The notes under the pieces were generated by a model. That model was given only the letters and a program-made list of their open reading frames with translations. It did not search any database and was not told where the DNA came from. A DNA stretch of 63,832 nucleotides, filler included, from Octopus bimaculoides (taxonomy: Eukaryota): assembly GCF_001194135.2 (NCBI RefSeq). It is 9 parts of 6 records of this genome, joined end to end, with 100 filler letters (N's around TTAATTAATTAA, not from the genome) between each part and the next. Parts side by side here need not be neighbours in the genome. Positions count along the whole stretch, not along the records: positions 8,453 to 18,301 come from NC_068999.1; positions 18,402 to 22,382 come from NC_068984.1; positions 22,483 to 25,334 come from NC_068984.1; positions 25,435 to 50,820 come from NC_068981.1; 5 more parts are not named here. One strand, given 5' to 3'. Below are positions 13,066 to 28,503 of the stretch, one piece after another (the stretch's first letter is position 1; each line of letters opens with the position of its first letter). Made by a program: the position numbers and the translations under genes.

Positions 13066-13884
13066 CTTAATCTTTCTGGGGCTTTCACTCTCTACATATT
13101 TATCTGTATGTATGTATGTATGCATGTATGTATGTTTATATGTATGTATGTATGTTTTTATGTGTGTATGTTTATATGTGTATATCTATGTATGTGTGTA
13201 TATATTTATGCATGTGTTTTTATGAATGCATGTATGTATTTATGCTTGCATGCATTTAAGTATATACGTATGTAGAAATATATGTACGTACGTATGTATG
13301 TATGTATGTATGTATGCATGTATGTATGTGTCGATTTTCCTTTACTTATTGTTTATCAGAAACAGAATCTTCTTCATCACCACCACCACCACCATCACCA
13401 CCACCACCACCACCACCACCACCACCATCCACCGCCGCCGCCGCCGCCTACAAGCTGGATAAAATTCCTTGCAGAAATAATGAAGCTTTTATTATTTTTT
13501 TAATTGGTCTTCCTCTTTCTTTTTTGTTATTGCTGTTGTTGTTGTTGTTGTTTGGTAGCCTTTTGTTTCAAAATATCGCTGTGGTTAACTTTTTGCTTGT
13601 CGAAACTTTTAGGGGTTCGATAAACTGAAATTGCCGGTTTCGATTGAATCGGCTACCCCTTCACTACACCCCTTTTTTTCTTTCTATTACAGTTTTATTC
13701 CTCCAACACAGACGATTATTAACGCCATTGTTATTCTTGCACTGAGTTCAAATTCCTCCGAAGTACTTATTTTATCGACCTTTTTTGGGTTTATAAAATG
13801 ATTCACCGGTTCAACAATGGAGTCGATGTAATCGACCAGCCTTCTATCCCTAAATATCAGAGCTTGAACCGATTGCAGAAAGGA

Positions 13885-13886
13885 TC

Positions 13887-13918
<32 letters not shown>

Positions 13919-14151
13919 CATCATCACCATCATCATCATCATCGTCATCGTCGTCGTCGTCGTCATCTTCTTCTTCTTCTTCTTCTTCTTCTTCTTCTTC
14001 TTCTTCTTCTTCTTCTTCTNNNNNNNNNNNNNNNNNNNNNNNNNNNNNNNNNNNNNNNNNNNNNNNNNNNNNNNNNNNNNNNNNNNNNNNNNNNNNNNNN
14101 NNNNCTTCTTCTCCTCCTCCTCCTCCTCCTCCTCCTCTTCTTCTTCTTCTT

Positions 14152-14182
<31 letters not shown>

Positions 14183-14195
14183 TTATTATTATTAT
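13885..14195. repeat. Compound trinucleotide microsatellite (CAT/CGT/CTT/CCT/TTA)
   Basis: Direct reading. Confidence 0.97.
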
Positions 14196-14656
14196 TATTA
14201 TTACTATCTGTATGTATATGTATGTATATGTATATGTAAATATGTCTACATATATATGTGTGTGTGTGTGTGTATACATATGTTATCATATCAGCCATGA
14301 TCGTAAAAAGTGGAATTCCACGTGAAGAGGGGGTGGTGGTATGGATGCGTGACTGTTGGTCTTCCATAAAAAAACCTTGCCTGGACTTGTGCCTCGGAAC
14401 TTTCTAGGTCCAATCCCATGCATGATTGTATATACATACAAACACACACAATCTAGGTCCAATCCCATGGTCAGTCATGGCCGAAGGAGGTCCTTTACAC
14501 TTTATGTGTGAGTGTATGTATATATGCATGTGTGTTTGCATGTATGTATGTATACATGCATATATGTACGTACGTATGCATGTATGTATATATGTATATA
14601 TGTTTGCCTGTATGTATGTACGTACGCATGTGTGTTTGTTTGTATGCATGTATGTA

Positions 14657-14709
<53 letters not shown>

Positions 14710-15065
14710 CTGTATGTGTATGAATGCATGTGTATGCATGCATGAATATGTACGTTTTGGTTTTAATTAGATTTGTCACAATTAGACAAAATGTCAGCTT
14801 CCAACAGAAAACGAAGGCACTTTATTAGAATTTGATCAACACAGACTTGGTAGCCATCTGTGTATACCTGTATTTATGTCTGTATGCATTTACATGTGTA
14901 TGCATACATGTATGTTGGTATGCACGCATGCACGTACGCGTGTATGCATATATGTATGTATACATGTATGTATACATGTGTGCATGCTTGTATGTATGTA
15001 TGTATGTATGTATGTATAACTATGTAACTGCTAACGGAGGAATAGGCAAATATCTCCGTCATTGC

Positions 15066-15106
<41 letters not shown>

Positions 15107-15933
15107 ATGTGTGTGTGTTTGTGTGTATATACATACATGCATATATATATGTGTGTTTATAAATATGTATATATATANNNNNNNNNNNNNNNNNNNNNNN
15201 NNNNNNNNNNNNNNNNNNNNNNNNNNNNNNNNNNNNNNNNNNNNNNNNNNNNNNNNNNNNNNNNNNNNNNNNNNNNNNNNNNNNNNNNNNNNNNNNNNNN
15301 NNNNNNNNNNNNNNNNNNNNNNNNNNNNNNNNNNNNNNNNNNNNNNNNNNNNNNNATATATATATTTATTTATTTATTTATTTATATGCATACATATTTA
15401 TATACACACACATATATTCATATGCATGCTCACACACACATGTATACAAATACAGATACATCAGTACCGATAATAATAGACACTCATTATGCGCACAATC
15501 TTCACCAACCAAACACTTCCCCACTTATTCTAAGTATAACAATTCTTTATCTTTCTATTGACCTTTTCTTACTAAACGACATAATGGTTAGAATGAACGA
15601 GTTCTATAAAGTATATTTGTATCATTGTTTTGAAAGAGAACCTTGTTGAGAACTTTGACATCTTGTATGTCCACAACTCTAAAGACCTTTCCACATATAC
15701 ATAAGTTCCTCCTATTTGTTTCCGCAACAGAAAGTACAGAAATATTATGTTTACATTGTTATCATTTCCTCTCACAGCTAAAGGAATTTCAATATTAAAA
15801 TTTGCTTCATAAGGTTTTTCTAATGCCCGCTATGTTGTTGTGCTAAAAATACATGTAGTTTCCTTCATTAAGATCCGTCTAAATCACAAATATTCAAATT
15901 CAGCTGTCCACTGCTCTGGTAGGGTAATCTCTC

Positions 15934-16401
<468 letters not shown>

Positions 16402-16699
16402 CATTATTATTATTATTATTATTCGTCAGTTACGTACTATCCTGCGAATGAACTTATTTTGCCTACATAGGTTCGTGGCGCAATTTCTTTTTGCTAAGAT
16501 CGGTAAATTTGAATTAAGAAATAATGAAATAGTTAAACGTACTCTAGAGTACTAATATAAAAGTGATTTTTAAGAAAATAATTCTTCTTTCTTGTGGCAT
16601 CATTGAATTAACTAGTTTATTTGTTATTGTATTCTTACTATAGATAGAATTTTTTGAATTTCTATTGTAGCTCATTAATTTTACAGCATTTCAACTCTT

Positions 16700-17050
16700 G
16701 ATGCTGGGAGAAAAACAATGCTGGCCAATATTGGCAAGAATATTTGGAATTCGGTTCTATTCTTTCAGCATTAATGAGATAATATCCTTGTGCTTGTTGT
16801 GGAAAAAGACATTTGGAAATGGTGCAGTGAAGTCTTTGAACATGAAAGACCATTTTGTGAAGTTGCATTCAGAAATGAAAAACAATGAATTTTTTAAAAA
16901 CATCGAAAGGAAACAATTGGAAGACATCCAACTTAATGCCATTTCTTAAGTCACCTGTGTTTGACGAGGAATTATTTTTTCAATAAACTTCACATGAATT
17001 AGTTATATCCGCGAGTTAGTTTCCTGTAACATTGTCTGAATTCAGATATC
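16700..17050 (+). mobile_element. Degenerate hAT (Buster/Charlie-type) transposase N-terminus with BED zinc finger
   Basis: Frameshifted KQC..Y.QEYLEFG then SLCLLWKKTFGNGAVKSLNMKDHFVKLHSEMKN, resembling CLLCxKxFSNxAMKPSxxKxHxxxxH. Confidence 0.75.
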
Positions 17051-17280
17051 ATTAAACGAGAAAATTAAAAGAAAAATAGAGCAGAACTTAAAAGGAGCGG
17101 TTGGCGATTTTAGAGTTTATTGAAGTAAATTTATAAGAAGGTTTTTGCCATGTTTTGCATTCATAAGACCAACCAATTAATCATAAAGTACAATCTACCA
17201 ACGTTTCAAATGAGAAACATTTGACATTGTTGGAAAAATTACTGAAACAATTAAAGAATAGGAAAGAATATACACATATA

Positions 17281-17676
17281 GGCGTAGGAGTGGCTGTGTG
17301 GTAAGTAGCTTGCTTACCAACCACATGATTCCGGCTTCAGTCCCACTGCGTGGCACCTTGGGCAAGTGTCTTCTGCTATAGCCTCGGGCCAACCAAAGCC
17401 ACGTGAGTGGATTTGGTAGACGGAAACTGAAAGAAGCCCGTCGTATTTATGTATATATGTATGTGTGTGTGTATGTTTGTGTGTCTGTGTTTGTCCCCCA
17501 GCATCACTTGACAACCGATGTGGATGTGTTTACGTCCCCGTAACTTAGCGGTTCGGCCAAACAGACCGATAGAATAAGCACTAGGCTTACATAGAATAAG
17601 TCGTGGGGTCGATTTGCTCGACTAAAGGCGGTGCTCCAGCACGGCCGCAGTCAAATGACTGAAACAAGTCAAAGAG
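17281..17676 (+). mobile_element. SINE family A, full length (tRNA head, CORE-like CCTTGGGCAAG, TA/TG spacer, LINE-like tail)
   Basis: A box TGGCTGTGTGG, B-box-like GGCTTCAGTCCC, tail GGCGGTGCTCCAGCA.GGCCGCAGTCAAATGACTGAAACAAG. Confidence 0.9.
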
Positions 17677-18301
17677 ACATACGTGTACAGACACGCACGA
17701 GCGCACACATACACACCCACCCATGGTCGGTTTGACCCGGGCTCTAATCCTCTGTGTCCGCTTTCGCCGCAGTACCCTCCTACTCGACCGGACATCGCCG
17801 GCGATGGTACAATCCAAGATTTTAGGTCCAATAAGGTTTGCACAACACCTCACAGACCCTCTTATGCCTACATACAAGGTCCACTATATTGATTTCACCG
17901 TGGGCCTATAACTGCTGAAATAACCCTGCACATCTCACAACATTACTCTACAACAAAACTGCATTACACCCTATCGATACTACAACAACCACAACCGCAA
18001 CAACAAACCACACAACACTACACCGAGCTACATCTACACCACACATCACCAAAACACACAGACTTGACTACACCAAAATAAACACAACGCCACACCAGAT
18101 CCACAACGAACTACACTACTGACCACATCATACCAATACCATAGCACCACTTCCGCACCTCAGTGAACTGCTGCGCCGCACCTCCGCAATGATGGTGTCT
18201 CTAAGGAGTCAGTGAACTTGTTAAGAATAGCAACCAAAATCCCCGTTTATATCAACGGCCCTACCGGCGAAAAACAGAAAAGAAATGAAGAACTGGATCC
18301 A

Positions 18302-18401
18302 NNNNNNNNNNNNNNNNNNNNNNNNNNNNNNNNNNNNNNNNNNNNTTAATTAATTAANNNNNNNNNNNNNNNNNNNNNNNNNNNNNNNNNNNNNNNNNNN
18401 N
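18302..18401. other. Artificial scaffold linker
   Basis: Same 44N-TTAATTAATTAA-44N structure. Confidence 0.97.
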
Positions 18402-18424
18402 ATATATATATATATATATATATA

Positions 18425-18895
<471 letters not shown>

Positions 18896-19739
18896 ATATA
18901 TGTATATATATATATGTATATACATATACATATGTATACATATGTGTATAAATATATATATATGTATATTTGTATATATATATATGTATGTATGTATGCA
19001 TGCATGTATGTATATGTGCGTGTGTCAGGTACGTTTGTGATTGCACATGTATGTGCGCGTGTCTATGTATGCGCGTTCTCCGATTTTTATGTGTATAACG
19101 GTGTAATATAGGCATTGCAAACAAAAATCCCTATCTTGTGAAATTATTTTAAGCTATGTTTGTTCCAAAATGCATTTGTGTATGTGCTTATGTGCCAAAA
19201 TCGATCAAATTTCTTGAATATAACGACCACTATGGTCATATTGTAATGAGGAAAACCATTGAAAGAATCAAAGAAAATAATATGCATAAGATGATGTAAA
19301 CAAAATGATATCTCAATAAATTATTGCGTCAACGCACTTCACATTTTTACTGTTTTAAAGACTTGCAAAATTGCATGTTTATCCTAAATTTCTCAAGTCT
19401 TCAACAATCTCCTCTTACCCATCCTCTCACATGTATACAATAATTGTTTTAGTTTCAAGTATCTACATTTAATTCCTCTTGTCAAATATCTATATTTAAT
19501 TCCTGTTGTCAGTAGGTTTTGAAGAGATATTTATTAAAAGGAAATCAGTAAATGAACAAATAAAGCCAACTAATAACCAAATATATACATGAGTAATGGT
19601 AACGAAGAAGAAAACAGGGGCAAATTGATGATGGGGGAAGAAGATAACGGTTGCAAGGAGAACAGCAGCAGCGACAACGACATCAGCAGAAGTAGCAGCA
19701 GTAGCAACGACACCAACAACAATAATAACAATTTCAAAT

Positions 19740-20450
<711 letters not shown>

Positions 20451-21690
20451 TCTCAATAACAACACCGATAACAACAACAGCAACAACAACAACAATAATT
20501 CTTGGATTTTGACAGAATAATTGGATACTATAGACCACATAGCATTATATATAATGTAGAAAATTAGAATGTCTCTTAACAGACGCTACAATTACAAGAA
20601 ATAAAACCCTTGCAATGCAGGAAAGACGTTGAAATATGCTGAATTAAAAGTAGATATATAAAATGTGATCATACCAGTTATCATCCAAGCATTAGTTTTA
20701 AATAAAAAAAAAGGCGGGATGGAGAGGGAGAGAGGNNNNNNNNNNNNNNNNNNNNNNNNNNNNNNNNNNNNNNNNNNNNNNNNNNNNNNNNNNNNNNNNN
20801 NNNNNNNNNNNNNNNNNNNNNNNNNNNNNNNNNNNNNNNNNNNNNNNNNNNNNNNNNNNNNNNNNNNNNNNNNNNNNNNNNNNNNNNNNNNNNNNNNNNN
20901 NNNNNNNNNNNNNNNNNNNNNNNNNNNNNNNNNNNNNNNNNNNNNNNNNNNNNNNNNNNNNNNNNNNNNNNNNNNNNNNNNNNNNNNNNNNNNNNNNNNN
21001 NNNNNNNNNNNNNNNNNNNNNNNNNNNNNNNNNNNNNNNNNNNNNNNNNNNNNNNNNNNNNNNNNNNNNNNNNNNNNNNNNNNNNNNNNNNNNNNNNNNN
21101 NNNNNNNNNNNNNNNNNNNNNNNNNNNNNNNNNNNNNNNNNNNNNNNNNNNNNNNNNNNNNNNNNNNNNNNNNNNNNNNNNNNNNNNNNNNNNNNNNNNN
21201 NNNNNNNNNNNNNNNNNNNNNNNNNNNNNNNNNNNNNNNNNNNNNNNNNNNNNNNNNNNNNNNNNNNNNNNNNNNNNNNNNNNNNNNNNNNNNNNNNNNN
21301 NNNNNNNNNNNNNNNNNNNNNNNNNNNNNNNNNNNNNNNNNNNNNNNNNNNNNNNNNNNNNNNNNNNNNNNNNNNNNNNNNNNNNNNNNNNNNNNNNNNN
21401 NNNNNNNNNNNNNNNNNNNNNNNNNNNNNNNNNNNNNNNNNNNNNNNNNNNNNNNNNNNNNNNNNNNNNNNNNNNNNNNNNNNNNNNNNNNNNNNNNNNN
21501 NNNNNNNNNNNNNNNNNNNNNNNNNNNNNNNNNNNNNNNNNNNNNNNNNNNNNNNNNNNNNNNNNNNNNNNNNNNNNNNNNNNNNNNNNNNNNNNNNNNN
21601 NNNNNNNNNNNNNNNNNNNNNNNNNNNNNNNNNNNNNNNNNNNNNNNNNNNNNNNNNNNNNNNNNNNNNNNNNNNNNNNNNNNNNNNNNN

Positions 21691-21955
21691 CAGTTACGCA
21701 CTGTGGTCGATGTAATCGACTTAATCGCTTTGTCTGTCCTTGTTTGTCCCCTCCATGTTTAGCCCCTTGTGGGCAATAAAGAAATAGGTATTTCGTCTGT
21801 CTTTACATTCTGAATTCAAATTCTGCCGAGGTTGACAAAGCCTTTCATCCTTTCGGAATCGATAAATTAAGTACCAGTTGCGTACTGGGTTCGATCTAAT
21901 CGACTGGCCCCTCCCCCAAAATGTTGATCCTTGTGCCTAGAGTAGGAAAGAATAT
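21691..21955 (+). mobile_element. Family-B SINE dimer remnant (tail b followed by a 5'-truncated tail-a copy)
   Basis: CCCCTTGTGGGCAATAAAGAAATA joined to GGTATTTCGTCTG..GAATTCAAATTC..CCTAGAGTAGGAAAGAAT. Confidence 0.85.
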
Positions 21956-22279
21956 CATGGTTATATATATATATATATATAAATATATATAAAGACAGAC
22001 GAAATACCGCTGAGCATTTCGCTCGCCGTGCTTATGTTTCTGCCAGCTCGCCGCCTTATAACAATGATATTCTATGGATCTGATGAGCTAGCCTTCTATA
22101 CCAGTAAAACGTACAATATATAATTTATAACATATGCTCTAGTGCAGACATGGAAAATAACTTGTTATATATTAAAATATGTTATTTTCTTATATTGGCT
22201 GCCAAACGATCGAAATCTTATGGATGTCAACTGGTGAAGTACATATACTCATCTCATATATTCTGATTTGCTTTATATT

Positions 22280-22315
<36 letters not shown>

Positions 22316-22324
22316 CCATACACG

Positions 22325-22382
<58 letters not shown>

Positions 22383-22482
22383 NNNNNNNNNNNNNNNNNN
22401 NNNNNNNNNNNNNNNNNNNNNNNNNNTTAATTAATTAANNNNNNNNNNNNNNNNNNNNNNNNNNNNNNNNNNNNNNNNNNNN
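22383..22482. other. Artificial scaffold linker
   Basis: Same structure. Confidence 0.97.
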
Positions 22483-22504
22483 CAACACCAGCACCACCAG
22501 CACC

Positions 22505-22536
<32 letters not shown>

Positions 22537-22864
22537 CATCAATACCAACAGCAACACTTATCAGTCAATGAAAATGAGGTCCTATTATTTCGTTCATGTC
22601 CCCGTTAACTCTTTCGTAAAATTCATTGACGAAATAATTGTTGTTGCTGTTGTGCTTGCTGTGGTTATTTGTCTTTGTTGTTGTTGTTGTTGTTATTGGC
22701 GGGGGTGGAGATGGTGTTGACGTTATATAGTTCGTTGCTGCTGTGCTACAGCTGCTGCCGATGCTGCTGTCGATGATGCTGTTACTACCGCTGTTACAGT
22801 CATTCATGAATATACTTATCGATTCTGCTTGTCACAGCTATTGCTTATACTAACTTATTACAGC

Positions 22865-22913
<49 letters not shown>

Positions 22914-23001
22914 CAACCCCAAGTCGGCCCAGAATGATCAAACCTATGATCAGGCACCTTCCAGGAATGTATATCCTGTGGCTTTCTCTATCTACCTATC
23001 G

Positions 23002-23033
<32 letters not shown>

Positions 23034-23048
23034 CTGTTTGTCAGTCAT

Positions 23049-23099
<51 letters not shown>

Positions 23100-23279
23100 C
23101 ACTCTCTCTCTCTCACTCTGTGTGTGTATATATATATATATNNNNNNNNNNNNNNNNNNNNNNNNNNNNNNNNNNNNNNNNNNNNNNNNNNNNNNNNNNN
23201 NNNNNNNNNNNNNNNNNNNNNNNNNNNNNNNNNNNNNNNNNNNNNNNNNNNNNNNNNNNNNNNNNNNNNNNNNNNTATT

Positions 23280-23316
<37 letters not shown>

Positions 23317-23939
23317 CCAGGACTAAATTGTCCAGTAGTCCCTTTTTGAAGACAAAATTCACCTCTTAATACAAATGTATGCAAAGAGATAATGGGCTGG
23401 CTGCTACTTCTAGCCGACTACAAGACTTCGTCGAGGCCTTATCATTAACACTTGCTGTTGTTATTGTTGTTGTTGTGGCTGTTGTTCTTGTTGTTGTTCA
23501 TACTGCTAGTGCACTGTTACTGCTGTTGCAGCCGCAGCCGCTATTAGTGTGAATTGCCGTCGCTGCCACGTTACCGGTGTGCAGCGGTTGTCTCCTTTGA
23601 TGTTGCTTGCCTGCTTCTGCTGCTACGGTTCTCTGCTGCTACTCTGCCGCTGTCGTTGCTTTGCTGACGTTATCCACTTCCGTTGCAGCAGTGAATGCTG
23701 TTACTGATATATATAGTCACATCTGCTTTGTGCTTGTACTACTACTATCACACTTGTTGCTGCTGTTTCTACTACTACTGCAGCTGCAAATATATTTGCA
23801 AGTGTTTCTCCATGCTGCGGCTCTTGATATTTGCACACGATTGCTAATTCATTTGCTTTAAAATATCTGCTATTGTTCGAAATAAAATTCTTCTGCACTT
23901 TCCCCTACCGTCGTGGGGGGAAAGTGCAGAGGTATTGTT

Positions 23940-23989
<50 letters not shown>

Positions 23990-24367
23990 GTGGAGGCGCA
24001 ATGGCCCAGTGGTTAGGGCAGCGGACTCGCGGTCATAGGATCGCGGTTTCGATTCCCAGACCGGGCGTTGTGAATGTTTATTGAACGAAAACACCTAAAG
24101 CTCCACGAGGCTCCGGCAGGGGATGGTGGCGAACCCTGCTGTACTCTTCCACCACATCTTTCTCTCACTCTTTGTTTCTGCTGTACCTGTAATTCAAAGG
24201 GGCCATCCTTGTCACACTGTGTCACGCTGAATATCCCTGAGGAACTGCGTTAAGGGTATACGTGTCTGTGGAGTGCTCAGCCACTTGCACGTTAATTTCA
24301 CGAGCAGGCTGTTCCGTTGATCGGATCAACTGGAACCCTCGACGTCGTAAGCGACGGAGTGCCAACA
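23990..24367 (+). mobile_element. SINE family D, full length, inside a (CTA)n tract
   Basis: A box TGGCCCAGTGG, B box GGTTTCGATTCCC, 3' end CGTAAGCGACGGAGTGCCAACA; (CTA)n on both sides. Confidence 0.9.
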
Positions 24368-24413
<46 letters not shown>

Positions 24414-25067
24414 GCCGACGCTGTCGTCGTCGTCGTCGCGCTGCCGCTGCTGCTGCTATTGCGTTGCTATTTGTGGCTGTCTCTTTACCTGTTGTTCTTG
24501 TCCATAACGCCTCGAATATAACCACTTCCGGTGTTGCTGTTACTGTTGCAAATGTTGTTGCTTTTGTTGTTATTGTTAGCTATGATGGTGATGGTGGTGG
24601 AGTTTGTTTAGCCTTAGGCCCTCGTAAAAAACTAACAAAAAAAAAAACTAACAAAACACATACTAAGTGTAGCCATTTCATTTATTTTATTTTATACCCG
24701 TGGTAAGTCAGATTACCGTTTCACAACGGGGTACAATTTTTGAGAGACATTCGACTCCCATTTCAATAAGGTCAAACGACCTCATAAGAATTTCCATTTG
24801 CTGGCTGCCATTTATTACTGCTGCGATGCTTTCTGCTGCTGAGGTGCAACCAGTGCCAGTTGTTCCCCTGCTGCTATCTCCAAGTATGTCTGGTGTCTGC
24901 AGATTTCAATGTCATAAGCTATTTACATGCCAAGAAGTCGCTGCTGTAAGTAAACGCAGTAACACGATGTACTCGCAGCCACTAGCAACAAGCTAGATAA
25001 TGATTATAATCGTTATTGAATTGAAAGGCGAAGTTTGGAGGAGTGAGATGACAACAATGGGGCTGCG

Positions 25068-25129
<62 letters not shown>

Positions 25130-25334
25130 CACTACTACTGCTGTTGCTGCTGCTACTACTACAGCTACTAATAATACTACCACTACGACTATCACTACTA
25201 CTACGGTGGTTGTATAGCGTTTGTGGTGGTGGTGGTGGTGACGGTGGTGACGGCAGCGGTGATGGTCGTAGTAGTCGTAGTAGTAGTTGTAGAGGTGGCG
25301 GCGGCGGTGGTGGTCGTGGCGTTAGCGGTGGGGT

Positions 25335-25434
25335 NNNNNNNNNNNNNNNNNNNNNNNNNNNNNNNNNNNNNNNNNNNNTTAATTAATTAANNNNNNNNNN
25401 NNNNNNNNNNNNNNNNNNNNNNNNNNNNNNNNNN
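25335..25434. other. Artificial scaffold linker
   Basis: Same structure. Confidence 0.97.
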
Positions 25435-26349
25435 TATATATATATTTACATGCAAGTTATCCATGTGTGCTTTTTCCTGGTTCTCCATTCCTATTTCTTC
25501 CCTCCATTCTTTTTCCTCTTCCCTGGACATTTTTCTGTATATCTGATGAAATGTCTGAAACATTATACTCTATTACTTCTCCTTTATAACTTTTTCCCTT
25601 CTTTGATGCATGTTTAAATGTGTATCTGTGTGTGTGCATGTGGATATGTATGTATATATCGGCAGTTGCCATGATAGATCGCTGACCACGACATTTAATT
25701 TTTTTCCTCCTTGTTTTTCTCCTTATTTCTTTCTGTTGATGAGTGTAGCTTGAAACATTAAAGACTTTCTCTATTCCCGAGCATTAAACTAATACATCCT
25801 TTTGTTGTTTACACCACCTGTTCTCGTCTGTTGTTGTTCTTTTCGTAAATTCTCCCATATATATGTGTGTGTGTGTGCAATTGTGTTTCCGTCTCTTTGT
25901 CTTGATATCGTATGATAGTCATAAATGAGTGTCACTGTAATACAAGCACTACCATTCATTTCCAATATCCTGTGAATACATGTTTGGCAATGAGGAAATA
26001 TTATCTTGCTTGAAAATAGTAGAAGGTTGGTGAAAGGAAAGGCACCCAGTCATAGAAACTCCATTCAACTCATGCTAGCATGAAAAAATGGAAGTTTAAA
26101 CTGATGATAATGATGATCATATATCATATGGCACCAACACCAGAGAGGTAGTTATATCCTCACAAGACTAAGGAGGTCTCTCTACAGTGTCACCAGAGTA
26201 AGAAAGTAATAGAAAGAACAATGGAAGAGAACAAGAGCTCCCATCTCTGAAATGTTTTGCCATTAAAACATATAGTTATGCTTATTTAATTATATATACA
26301 TATGCTTTAATATTTCAAAACATTCTGTACTGCCTGACTGGTCCTGATC

Positions 26350-26652
26350 ACATTCAATCACCATTCGAATGTGATCATTGCCAGTGCCGCCAGACTGGCT
26401 CCTGCGCCGGTGGCATGTAAAAAGCACCATTCAAGCATGGCCAATGCCAGTACCGCCTGATTGGTCCTCGTGCTGGTGGCATATAAAAAGCATGCACTAC
26501 ACTCTTGGAGTGGTTGGCATTAGGAAGGGCATCCAGCTGTAGAAACATTGCCAGATCGGATTGGAGTCTGGTGCAGCTTTCTGGCTTGCCAGCCCTTAGT
26601 CAAACTGTCCAACCCATGCCAGCATGGAAAGTGGACGTTAAATGACGACGAT
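26350..26652 (+). mobile_element. SINE/LINE-tail family C, (GAT)n tail; other copies 33891-34110, 39214-39367, 45925-46105, 46688-46830, 59265-59378 (+) and 43513-43690 (-)
   Basis: Shared GGAAGGGCATCCAGCTGTAGAAA..TCCAACCCATGCCAGCATGGAAA..GGACGTTAAA(TGA)n. Confidence 0.88.
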
Positions 26653-26659
26653 GGCAAAG

Positions 26660-27105
26660 GTAGCAAGCTGGCAGAAACGTTAGCACACTGGGTGGTGAGC
26701 TGGCAGAAACGTTAGCACGCCGGGCAAAATGCTTAATGGTATTTCGTCTGCCTTTACGTTCTGAGTTCAAATTCCGCCGAGGTTGACTTTACCTTTCATC
26801 CTTTCAGGGTCGACAAATTAAGTACCAGTTACGCACTGGGGTCGATGTAATCGACTTAATCCTTTGTCTGTCCTTGTTTGTCCCCTCTATGTTTAGCCCC
26901 TTGTGGGCAATAAAGAAATAGGAAACGTTAGCACGCTGGGCGAAACGCTTAGCAGTATTTTGAGTTCAAAGTCCGCCGAGGTCGACTTTGCCTTTCATCC
27001 TTTCGGGGTCGATAAATTAAGTACCAGTTGCATTCTGGGGTCGATCTAATCAACTGGCTCCCTTCTCAAAAATTTCAGGCCTTGTGCCTAGAGTAGAAGA
27101 GAATA
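26660..27105 (+). mobile_element. Family-B SINE dimer with duplicated head
   Basis: Two B boxes (GAGTTCAAATTCC, GAGTTCAAAGTCC); tail b then tail a. Confidence 0.9.
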
Positions 27106-28099
27106 TATTCTAATTTATATACCTCTATATTTTAGAATACTTTACTATATATACTTTCATATTTTAATACATTCTAATTTACAGGCTTCTATATTCTAAT
27201 ATATATTCTAATTTATACACTGAAGTATATATATATATATATATATATATATGCTTATATATTCTAATATATTGTAATATATTTTAATAAATATAAATTT
27301 ACAACACCCAAAGTACTTGGCTCTAGAGGATCTTAGCCATCCAGGAGGATTGCAATGCAGACAAATTGCACAGAATGTGATAGCAGATGGGTATCCAGGA
27401 GTCATACCCTAGACACAGTCCTACTTCCTTTGAGTGTAAGGAGTTAAGAGCTGAAACCCTAGTATGAGGGGCTCTTGTTCTCTGAAGGCCTGCTACTGTT
27501 CAGCTCTCCTTAGAGTTTCTTTCTACCTTATATAGACATTTATATATTTTTATATGTGCACATACACACACACATACATTAATTTACATTTGTAAATAAT
27601 ATAATTTTAAAATGTGACATTATATCTTGAGCTACATTAAACCTCACCATTACACATGCCTGAATGACAGACTTTGTGTGTATAAGTAGTACAGTCAAGT
27701 TTCTTTTTAAATAAGTCATCCACAAAGCTTTGCTTGTCCCCCTTTACAAGTTGTAAACAGGAAAATAAATGTGAACAGGTAAGACACTCCAGAAAGTTAA
27801 ATATTTTGTGAGGAACAATAGAACAGTGAAGTGTTTCAGTAGAACACTTGGAAGAAAGATACTATAGGAGTAACAAAAGAAGAGATTATTGTGTCTGTTA
27901 TGCTTGGCTGGAGGAAATATGCAGAGGTTATTGCACTCAATGATAGAACTTGAAGTTTATCGTTGAGTGAATCTTTGCTAACCATTTTAACAGTTTTCTT
28001 TTGGATGTAGTCTCAAATGTTTGCATGTGTGTAGCAGAAGCAGTATCCCACACATGTACTCACACACATACACACATATGTAAATAATCATCATTATTT

Positions 28100-28503
28100 A
28101 ATACTCTTTTACTCTCTTTTACTTGTTTCAGTCATTTGACTGCGGCCATGCTGGAGCACCGCCTTTTAGTCGAACAAATTGACCCCAGGACTTATTCTTT
28201 GGAAGACTAGTACTTATTCTATCGGTTTCTTTTGCCGAACCACTAAATTATGGGGACATAAACACACCAGCATCGGTTGTCAAGTGATGCTGGGGGGACA
28301 AACACAGATACACAAATACACACACACATACATATATACGATGGGCTCCTTTCAGTTTCCGTCTACCAAATCCACTCACAAGGCTTTGGTTGGCCCGAGG
28401 CTATAGTAGAAGACACTTGCCCAAGGTGCCACACAGTGGGAATGAACCCGGAACCATGTGGTTGGTAAGCAAGCTACTTACCACACAGCCACACCTGCGC
28501 CTA
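28100..28503 (-). mobile_element. SINE family A, full length
   Basis: Reverse complement of 17281-17676; other partial copies 32855-33090, 36130-36330, 48200-48420, 50160-50370, 50595-50810, 50940-51155, 55325-55640. Confidence 0.9.

Noticed and set aside
23992-24066. tRNA gene
   Set aside because: A and B boxes are present but there is no matching 3' acceptor stem; it continues into a SINE body with a second copy at 7545-7745.
25735-25765. Hammerhead-like TTGATGAGTGTAGCTTGAAAC
   Set aside because: Lacks CUGA and I could not build stems I and III; at most a decayed Penelope-type remnant.
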